Below, in pieces: positions 55,069 through 61,274 of a stretch of 61,274 nt of DNA. The stretch is from Candidatus Omnitrophota bacterium (GTDB lineage Bacteria > Omnitrophota > Gorgyraeia > Gygaellales > Profunditerraquicolaceae), in assembly GCA_028712255.1 (NCBI GenBank), contig JAQTQJ010000011.1:1-61274 (forward strand), in the 5' to 3' direction. Each line of letters starts with the position of its first letter. The first letter of the stretch is position 1. Position numbers and translations under genes: made by a program. Below the pieces are notes generated by a model that was not told the DNA's origin, did not search any database, and saw only the letters and a program-made list of their open reading frames with translations.

Positions 55069-55683
55069 ATGAAGATTGCGATTATCGACTATGGTATGGG
55101 TAATGTTCATAGCGTGGCTAAGGCAATTGCGTTTTTTGGGGCTACTCCTGTAATAACAAATAAAAAAAGCAATATAAGTTCTGCTGCTAAAATAATATTG
55201 CCAGGTGTGGGAGCTTTTGATGATGCAATCTTTGAATTAGAGAAGCAAGATTTAATCAGTGTGATTAAAGAGCAGGTTAAGCAAAAAAAACCGTTCTTGG
55301 GAATTTGTTTAGGGCTGCAACTTTTATTTGAAAGCAGCCAGGAAGCTAAAATTAATAAAGGCCTGGGTATTTTAGGTGGAAGCGTAGTTAAATTTATTAC
55401 CGCAGATAATTTGAAGGTTCCACATATGGGTTGGAATGATCTTAAAATTATAGCAGGAAAATGCCCTTTGTTAAACGGGGTAACTGATAATTCTCAGGTT
55501 TATTTTTGTCACTCATATTATCCTAAGCCTTTTGATGAATCTGTGGTTGCTGCAACTACGGATTACGGAATAAAATTTGCCTCTGTTTTATGGAAGGATA
55601 ACGTTTACGGAGCGCAGTTTCATCCGGAAAAGAGCCAGGGAGTTGGGTTAAAGATGATTGAGAATTTCGTAAAGTTATGTTGA
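55069..55683 (+). CDS. hisH: Imidazole glycerol phosphate synthase, glutaminase subunit
   Basis: 204 aa. IAIIDYGMGN, GICLGLQLL and FHPEKS. Confidence 0.95.
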   Translation: MKIAIIDYGMGNVHSVAKAIAFFGATPVITNKKSNISSAAKIILPGVGAFDDAIFELEKQDLISVIKEQVKQKKPFLGICLGLQLLFESSQEAKINKGLGILGGSVVKFITADNLKVPHMGWNDLKIIAGKCPLLNGVTDNSQVYFCHSYYPKPFDESVVAATTDYGIKFASVLWKDNVYGAQFHPEKSQGVGLKMIENFVKLC

Positions 55684-56396
55684 TTATACCGGCGATAGAT
55701 TTAAAGGAAGGCAAAGTTGTCAGGCTTTTTCAGGGTAAGTTTAACCAAGAGAAGGTTTATTCCAGCGACCCGGTAAAGGTAGCTAAACATTGGGCCAAAC
55801 AGGGGGCAAAGTTTTTACATATTGTGGATCTGGATGGCGCTTTATCTGGAGCGCCTAAAAATTTAAAAGTTTTAGGAGAAATTGTAAAAGAGGTCGGTAT
55901 ACCGGTTGAATTTGGTGGAGGAGTAAGAAATACTCAAACAATATCTAAGCTCTTGGCCTTGGGAGTGCAGAGGGTTATTTTAGGGACAAAAGCTGCCAGT
56001 GATGGAAAATTTCTAAAAAAATCTCGGGAAAAATTTGGTGATAAAGTTATTGTGAGCATTGATGCAAAGAATGGAAAAGTTTTGACGCAAGGTTGGAATC
56101 GCAATAGCGTTAAAACTACTCTTGATTTTGCACGTCAATTAAAGAAAATAGGTTTTAACCAAGTTATTTATACGGATATTTCTAAGGATGGTACTTTAAG
56201 GGGCCCAAATATCCTGGGGATTAAAGAGTTACTTAAGGAAACAGGGCTAAATGTTATTGCTTCAGGAGGAATTTCCGGTTTAAGAGATTTAGTAAAGCTT
56301 GATAAACTTAAAGCGCAAGGATTGGCAGGAGTTATTATCGGTAAAGCCCTGTATGAAGGTAAATTTACCTTAGCCCAGGCATTGAAGTTAAAATAA
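55677..56396 (+). CDS. hisA: ProFAR isomerase
   Basis: 239 aa. IIPAIDLKEGKVVRL and HIVDLDGA. Confidence 0.95.
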   Translation: MLIIPAIDLKEGKVVRLFQGKFNQEKVYSSDPVKVAKHWAKQGAKFLHIVDLDGALSGAPKNLKVLGEIVKEVGIPVEFGGGVRNTQTISKLLALGVQRVILGTKAASDGKFLKKSREKFGDKVIVSIDAKNGKVLTQGWNRNSVKTTLDFARQLKKIGFNQVIYTDISKDGTLRGPNILGIKELLKETGLNVIASGGISGLRDLVKLDKLKAQGLAGVIIGKALYEGKFTLAQALKLK

Positions 56397-56529
56397 TAAG
56401 GTGTCCCGTCTCGTAATATGTGCCAAAATTCTCTTCGATAATTTTGGCATACTCGGAGGGATAATTCACGCAATGACTTACTCACACTGCCGTGTTCGTA
56501 AGTCAAACGTTCATTAAAAAGGAGGGGGG

Positions 56530-56964
56530 ATGGCAAAAAAAGTACTGTTTTTGGGGTTAGCGGCGATATTTGTTTTTTCTTTAAGTGGGTGCGCTACAAT
56601 GCGTAAAAATAATGATTTAGAGATTCAGGCGTTAAAGGATAAGGTTTCCGTGCTTGAGACACAGTTACGCGAAAAAGATGATGAGATTAGCGGCTTAAAA
56701 GGTTCTATAGTAAAAAGTAATGAAGAAGTTAATATGAGTGTTCCTAAAACCGATGGAGTCAATGAACAACCAGATGGAAAACAAATTCAGACAGCTTTAA
56801 ATAATGCTGGTTATTATGCAGGCACCGTTGATGGTAAGTTGGGTAAAAAAACACGAAAAGCAGTAAGAGAATTTCAAAAAGCCAATAATTTGCCTATTGA
56901 TGGTAAGGTGGGCAAAAAAACTTGGCTAGTTTTAAAGGATTATTTGGAGAAAAAAATTAAATAA
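56530..56964 (+). CDS. Lipoprotein with coiled coil and C-terminal peptidoglycan-binding (PG_binding_1) domain
   Basis: 144 aa. Lipobox LSGC. IQTALNNAGYYAGTVDGKLGKKTRKAVREFQKANNLPIDGKVGKKTW. Confidence 0.8.
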   Translation: MAKKVLFLGLAAIFVFSLSGCATMRKNNDLEIQALKDKVSVLETQLREKDDEISGLKGSIVKSNEEVNMSVPKTDGVNEQPDGKQIQTALNNAGYYAGTVDGKLGKKTRKAVREFQKANNLPIDGKVGKKTWLVLKDYLEKKIK

Positions 56965-56976
56965 GGCTATGTATCC

Positions 56977-57070
56977 GTCATTCTGAGGAGTACCGCCAGC
57001 GGTGGAACGACGACGAAGAATCTAGAAACGAGATCCTTTCCCTTCGGCTTCGCCTCAGGGTCAGGATGAC
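56977..57070. repeat. Family E palindrome
   Basis: GTCATTCTGAGGAG...CGAAGAATCTAGAAACGAGATCCTTTC...CCTCAGGGTCAGGATGAC. Confidence 0.85.
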
Positions 57071-57098
57071 AGAAAATTAGACAGTAATAATTGTATTT

Positions 57099-57857
57099 AT
57101 GCTTAGTAAACGTATTATTCCTTGTTTGGATATTAAAGAAGGCCGCGTTGTTAAGGGAGTAAAATTTCTAGGTCTTCGTGATGCCGGGGATCCGGTTGAG
57201 GTGGCAAAGGTTTATGACCAGCAGCAAGCTGATGAATTGGTTTTTCTGGATATTACTGCCAGTGTTGAAAACAGGAAAACTTTAGCTACCTTAGTGCAAA
57301 GAATCGCTCAAAATATCTTCATGCCTTTTACAGTTGGCGGAGGTATAGGCGAGACTGAAGATATTCGCAATATTTTAAATGCCGGAGCTGAAAAAGTTTC
57401 AATTAATACGCAAGCGGTAAAATTTCCTCAGTTAATAAGCGATGCCGCAAAGAGATTTGGCAGTCAGTGCGTTGTGGTGGCTATTGATGCCAAGAAGCAG
57501 GATGGGCATTGGGAGGTGTTTATTAATGGAGGCAGAACGCCTACGGGCCTTGATGTGTTAGCTTGGGCTCAAAAAGCAGCTCAGCTTGGAGCTGGTGAAA
57601 TTCTTTTGACCAGTATGGATTTTGACGGGACCAAAGATGGTTATGATTTAGAATTAACCAAGGCAGTTACCGGTAAAATTAGTATTCCGGTAATTGCCTC
57701 AGGTGGCGCAGGAAAGTTAGAGGATTTCTATAATGTTTTTAAAGATACAGGGGCAGATGCCGCATTAGTTGCCTCGCTTTTTCACTACCAGGAATTTTCG
57801 ATAAAACAGGTAAAGAATTATTTAAAAGAAAGAGGAGTAGCGGTGAGATTAAGTTAA
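57099..57857 (+). CDS. hisF: Imidazole glycerol phosphate synthase, cyclase subunit
   Basis: 252 aa. [17 protein letters not shown]. Confidence 0.95.
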   Translation: MLSKRIIPCLDIKEGRVVKGVKFLGLRDAGDPVEVAKVYDQQQADELVFLDITASVENRKTLATLVQRIAQNIFMPFTVGGGIGETEDIRNILNAGAEKVSINTQAVKFPQLISDAAKRFGSQCVVVAIDAKKQDGHWEVFINGGRTPTGLDVLAWAQKAAQLGAGEILLTSMDFDGTKDGYDLELTKAVTGKISIPVIASGGAGKLEDFYNVFKDTGADAALVASLFHYQEFSIKQVKNYLKERGVAVRLS

Positions 57858-57860
57858 TAG

Positions 57861-57905
57861 GATTAAGTTTTTAAGCTATAAGTCGTAAGCTTACAACTTA
57901 TGCTT
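57861..57905. repeat. Family B heptad palindrome
   Basis: GATTAAGTTTTTAAGCTATAAGTCGTAAGCTTACAACTTATGCTT. Confidence 0.75.
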
Positions 57906-57924
57906 GGGGGAAGGGGAAATTTAA

Positions 57925-58257
57925 GTGAAAAAAATATCGTTTAAGTTGTCAAGTTTAAAGTTTGATCAGAATGGGTTAATACCGGCAATTATCCAGGATT
58001 ATAAAAACCAGCAGGTATTAATGTTGGCTTATATGAATAAGGAATCTTTACGGCGTTCTTTAAAATTGGGTAAAACCTGTTTTTGGTCGCGTTCTCGGAA
58101 AGAATATTGGGTTAAGGGATTGACTAGCGGGCATTTTCAGTTTATTAAGTCAATCGACTATGATTGTGATATGGACGCGCTTTTAATTAAAGTACGCCAG
58201 GTTGGTAAGGCATGCCATACGAATAATAGAAGTTGTTTTTATAGAAAGATAGAATAG
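57925..58257 (+). CDS. hisI: Phosphoribosyl-AMP cyclohydrolase (HisI domain only)
   Basis: 110 aa, GTG start. [19 protein letters not shown]......FWSRSR...W.KG.TSG. No HisE domain. Confidence 0.9.
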   Translation: MKKISFKLSSLKFDQNGLIPAIIQDYKNQQVLMLAYMNKESLRRSLKLGKTCFWSRSRKEYWVKGLTSGHFQFIKSIDYDCDMDALLIKVRQVGKACHTNNRSCFYRKIE

Positions 58258-58266
58258 GGGTAAAGG

Positions 58267-59748
58267 TTGATTAGGCCGACTTTAAGTGAATTTTTAAATT
58301 ATACCAAAAAAGGCAATGTTATTCCTGTTTACAAAGAGATAAATGCCGATTTGGATACGCCAGTTTCTGCTTTTTTAAAAATCCAGCAGGGGGATTATTC
58401 TTTTCTTTTGGAGTCTGTAGAAGGGCAGGAGAAAATCGCTCGCTACTCATTTTTAGGCAGCAATCCCAGTTTGATTTTTAAAAGCAAGGATAAACGGATT
58501 GAAATTTTTGATATAGCCGCGAATAAAAAAAGAAATTTTATAACCGATAGTTCTCCTCTTGTTGAAATCAAAAAAATAATGCAAGATTTTCGCAGTGTCC
58601 AGATACCTGAGTTGCCACGTTTTTATGGGGGGCTGGTTGGTTATATTGGTTATGATACGGTAAGATTTTTTGAAAACATCCCGGATAAGAACAAAGATAA
58701 TTTAAATATTCCTGATACGCTTTTAATTTTAACTGATGCGCTTTTAATTTTTGACCGGCTTAACCATACCATAAAAATCGTTAATAATGTTATTTTGCCA
58801 AAGGCTTTGAATTTGCCTGAGAAAAAGAAGCTTTATGAACAGGCAATCAAGAAAATTGAATCGATACATAATGATTTTAACCGTTCTGTTATCCTAAGAA
58901 ATGATGCGATTGGATCCAAAAAGTTACGCATTAACAGTAATTTTAAGCAATCAGAGTTTGTGAGAATAGTTAAAAAGGCAAAAGAATATATAAAGAAGGG
59001 CGATATTATCCAGGTAGTTTTATCACAGCGGTTTAAGGTTAAGGCGCAAAAAGATGGTTTCACCATTTATCGGGCTTTACGAAGCCTTAATCCTTCGCCT
59101 TATATGTATTATCTTAAATTAAAAGATTTTTCTATTGTTGGTTCAAGTCCTGAGATGCTGGTGCGTTGTGAAAATGGTCTGGTACAGAATCGTCCTATCG
59201 CCGGTACCCGCAGGCGCGGTAAAAGTGAACAGGAGGATGTACGCCTTGAAAAAGAACTCTTGAATGATGAGAAAGAAAAAGCAGAACACTTGATGTTGGT
59301 AGATTTGGGAAGGAATGATTTAGGCCGTATAAGTGAGCCTGGCCGGGTCAGGGTTGATGAGTTTATGCATGTGGAGAAATATTCCCATGTAATGCATCTG
59401 GTCAGCCAGGTGAGCGCGGCTCTTGACAAAAAAAGGTTTGATATCTATGATGTGTTAAAAGCCACATTTCCTGCAGGTACCGTAAGCGGCGCGCCTAAAA
59501 TCCGGGCAATGGAGATTATTGATGAGCTGGAAAATTTAAAACGCTCGCTTTATGCCGGAGCAATCGGTTATTTTAGTTTTTCGCATAACCTGGATACTTG
59601 CATCGCCATCCGTACGATAGTCCTCAAAGATGGTTTTGCTTATGTGCAAGCTGGGGCGGGGATTGTCGCTGACTCTGTTCCGGCAAAAGAATATCAGGAA
59701 TCAGTGAATAAAGCAGAAGCACTAATGGAAGCAATTAGAAGCAATTAG
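58267..59748 (+). CDS. trpE: Anthranilate synthase component I
   Basis: 493 aa, TTG start. LLESVEGQEKIARYSF and GAIGYF motifs. Confidence 0.85.
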   Translation: MIRPTLSEFLNYTKKGNVIPVYKEINADLDTPVSAFLKIQQGDYSFLLESVEGQEKIARYSFLGSNPSLIFKSKDKRIEIFDIAANKKRNFITDSSPLVEIKKIMQDFRSVQIPELPRFYGGLVGYIGYDTVRFFENIPDKNKDNLNIPDTLLILTDALLIFDRLNHTIKIVNNVILPKALNLPEKKKLYEQAIKKIESIHNDFNRSVILRNDAIGSKKLRINSNFKQSEFVRIVKKAKEYIKKGDIIQVVLSQRFKVKAQKDGFTIYRALRSLNPSPYMYYLKLKDFSIVGSSPEMLVRCENGLVQNRPIAGTRRRGKSEQEDVRLEKELLNDEKEKAEHLMLVDLGRNDLGRISEPGRVRVDEFMHVEKYSHVMHLVSQVSAALDKKRFDIYDVLKATFPAGTVSGAPKIRAMEIIDELENLKRSLYAGAIGYFSFSHNLDTCIAIRTIVLKDGFAYVQAGAGIVADSVPAKEYQESVNKAEALMEAIRSN

Positions 59749-59779
59749 GAGAGCACTCCGCGCTAATGGGTATTGCGCG

Positions 59780-59799
59780 CCTGCCTGCCGGCAGGCAGG
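59780..59799. repeat. Perfect 20-nt palindrome CCTGCCTGCCGGCAGGCAGG
   Basis: Read directly. Same core as 22788-22806. Followed by the small hairpin TTGCCC-TCGT-GGGCAA. Confidence 0.8.
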
Positions 59800-59834
59800 G
59801 GTGTTGCCCTCGTGGGCAAGAAAGGAGAAACTTA

Positions 59835-60080
59835 ATGTCAGTACATATTCGTTTAAGAAGAATAGGCAAGAATCCAGTAGGTAAACCGCACTTTCGCGTT
59901 ACTGCTTTCGATGAACGTATGGGCCGGGATAGCCGGATAATTGAAGAGTTGGGTTATTATAAGCCGACAACTGGGGCTGCGGTGCTTAAGAAAGAACGCA
60001 TTGCTGAGTGGGTAAAAAATGGCGCTCAAGCTTCGGCGACCGTAAAAAGTTTATTGAAGAAATTAAATAAAGGAGCCTAA
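59835..60080 (+). CDS. rpsP: 30S ribosomal protein S16
   Basis: ATG 59835 after AAAGGAG. MSVHIRLRRIGKNPVGKPHFRVTAFDERMGRDSRIIEELGYYKP. Confidence 0.9.
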   Translation: MSVHIRLRRIGKNPVGKPHFRVTAFDERMGRDSRIIEELGYYKPTTGAAVLKKERIAEWVKNGAQASATVKSLLKKLNKGA

Positions 60081-60081
60081 T

Positions 60082-60363
60082 ATGCCACAACAAGGTGCAG
60101 TTAATCCCATAGTTCAGCTTATGCCGTTAGCATTAATTTTTATTATTTTTTATTTTTTGTTAATAAGGCCTCAGAAGCAAAAAGAGAAAGAGCACCAAAA
60201 AATGCTTCTGGGTATTAATAAAAATGATGAGATTGTAACTTTAGGCGGCATCCATGGCACAGTCGTCAATGTAAAGGATAAGACTTTAACTTTACGCATT
60301 GATGAAAACGTAAAGATGGAGATTGAGAAAAATAGCGTGGCTTATATAAAGAAACCCAATTAG
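60082..60363 (+). CDS. yajC: Preprotein translocase subunit YajC
   Basis: 93 aa. A single TM helix is followed by LLIRPQKQKEKEHQKML...DEIVTLGGIHGTV. Confidence 0.85.
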   Translation: MPQQGAVNPIVQLMPLALIFIIFYFLLIRPQKQKEKEHQKMLLGINKNDEIVTLGGIHGTVVNVKDKTLTLRIDENVKMEIEKNSVAYIKKPN

Positions 60364-60387
60364 TTAATGCTGAAAAATTCTCTTTTT

Positions 60388-60461
60388 GTCATCCTGAGGA
60401 GCGAAGCGACGAAGGATCTCAAGAGATTCTTCGTCGAGGCTTTGCCTCTCCTCAGAATGAC
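60388..60461. repeat. Family E palindrome
   Basis: GTCATCCTGAGGAGCGAAGCGACGAAGGATCTCAAGAGATTCTTCGTCGAGG...CCTCAGAATGAC. Confidence 0.85.
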
Positions 60462-60523
60462 GATAGGTAAAAAATGGGGTTTTCATCAGTATTAAATAAT
60501 TAGAATAAACAGGAGTTTTATAA

Positions 60524-61274
60524 ATGGAAAGAAAACTGACCTATAAAATATTGCTTATCTTGGGGGTTATTGGTTTATGTTTATATTATACATTTCCTTT
60601 AAATAAGCGCATTAATCTGGGGCTTGATCTTCAGGGTGGAATGCACCTTTTGCTAAAAGTTGATACCAGCCATCTTGAAGGGCAGGCTAAGCTTGATGCA
60701 TGCGACCGGGCAGTTGAGGTAATCCGCAATCGCATTGATGAATTTGGGGTCAGGGAAACTTCTATTCAAAAGCAGGGTGAGGATGAGATTGTTGTGCAAT
60801 TACCCGGGGTTACCGATCGGCAACGCGCTATTGATCTAATCGGTAAAACTGCCATGCTTGAATTTAAAATTGTTTCTAATGATGCGGATAAACTTAAAAA
60901 TGCAATTGCAGGGACAATACCAGAAGGCTATGAGCTAAAGTATTCTTCTGAAGAGAATGAACCCTTATTACTTGAGAAGCAGGCGGTTCTGGTTGGAGAT
61001 TCACTGACTGATGCTTCAGTCCGTTTTGACCAGAGTCAGTTTAGCGAGCCGATAGTCGGGTTGCGTTTTAATCCCGCAGGCGCCAAAAAATTTGCTGAAG
61101 TGACTGCCGCTAATATAGGTAAACGCTTGGCGATTGTTTTGGATGGTAAAGTTCAATCAGCTCCGCGGATTAGAGAGGCAATTCCCTCAGGTGAGGCGGT
61201 AATCAGCGGACGATTTGATGTGCAAACAGCTCAGGATTTAGCTTTAGTTTTGAGAGTGGGAGCACTACCAGCTC
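60524..61274 (+). CDS. secD: Protein translocase subunit SecD (5' part, runs off the window)
   Basis: ATG 60524 after AGGAG. MERKLTYKILLILGVIGL...INLGLDLQGGMHLLLKVD is typical of the SecD N-terminus. Not in the supplied track. Confidence 0.85.
   Translation, partial: MERKLTYKILLILGVIGLCLYYTFPLNKRINLGLDLQGGMHLLLKVDTSHLEGQAKLDACDRAVEVIRNRIDEFGVRETSIQKQGEDEIVVQLPGVTDRQRAIDLIGKTAMLEFKIVSNDADKLKNAIAGTIPEGYELKYSSEENEPLLLEKQAVLVGDSLTDASVRFDQSQFSEPIVGLRFNPAGAKKFAEVTAANIGKRLAIVLDGKVQSAPRIREAIPSGEAVISGRFDVQTAQDLALVLRVGALPA

Noticed and set aside
21593-57905. Whether the recurring repeats could be a CRISPR array.
   Set aside because: The repeats are dispersed one per intergenic gap. Each is a self-complementary pair rather than direct repeats separated by unique spacers of regular length. 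No cas genes are present.
1026-59429. All minus-strand track ORFs other than 44852-46054 (for example 10790-11158, 36882-37220, 41490-41858, 44289-44759, 48912-49280, 56168-56536).
   Set aside because: Each lies antisense to a + strand gene with strong family signatures. They have no recognisable motifs and are the usual shadow ORFs of AT-rich coding sequence.
59766-59834. N-terminal extension of rpsP (MGIARLPAGRQGCCPRGQERRNL).
   Set aside because: It translates the CCTGCCTGCCGGCAGGCAGG palindrome. S16 homology and the AAAGGAG SD begin at ATG 59835.
1-61274. Prophage, integrative element or known anti-phage defence island.
   Set aside because: The window contains no integrase, transposase, restriction-modification, toxin-antitoxin, Cas, CBASS/retron-type or phage structural genes. 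The excisionase-family HTH gene at 41268 stands alone.

Overview
This is an AT-rich bacterial chromosomal window using the standard genetic code, with Shine-Dalgarno-led and often translationally coupled genes. The lineage cannot be fixed from sequence alone. The gene set (radical SAM, Fd-fused EtfA/Bcd, heptosyltransferases) suggests an anaerobic diderm, possibly an uncultivated PVC/Omnitrophota-like organism, but that is speculative. 60 of 61 called genes are on the + strand; the only minus-strand gene is a GAF-GGDEF cyclase. Positions 331-25449 form one long co-directional envelope-glycan region. It contains a CapD-type dehydratase, two O-antigen-ligase-family proteins, a NodB-type deacetylase, four SAM methyltransferases, a radical-SAM/SPASM enzyme, a GtrA-like protein, two paralogous ~690-aa GT-C-like membrane proteins, several GT2s, a carbamoyltransferase/SxtJ/SxtK-like trio, two GT9 heptosyltransferases, a DegT aminotransferase, GmhB and an MGDG-synthase-like GT. 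The rest is mainly housekeeping: priA, fmt, gap-pgk-tpiA-secG, glgC, bcd-etfBA, smc, recA-recX, alaS, hisDBHA-F-I, trpE, rpsP, yajC, secD. The main points worth a second look are: (1) a duplicated promoter-to-terminator cassette encoding two secreted fibre-like proteins with a shared novel N-terminal module; (2) a tandem GalT-like pair in which one copy has lost the nucleophilic His; (3) a PriA with every NTPase motif degenerated; (4) a Gtr-like glycosylation module with duplicated GT-C and a radical SAM enzyme; (5) at least four families of palindromic repeats filling almost every intergenic gap, with in-frame copies inside priA and alaS. No CRISPR array, tRNA/rRNA, integrase, transposase or recognisable defence system was found.
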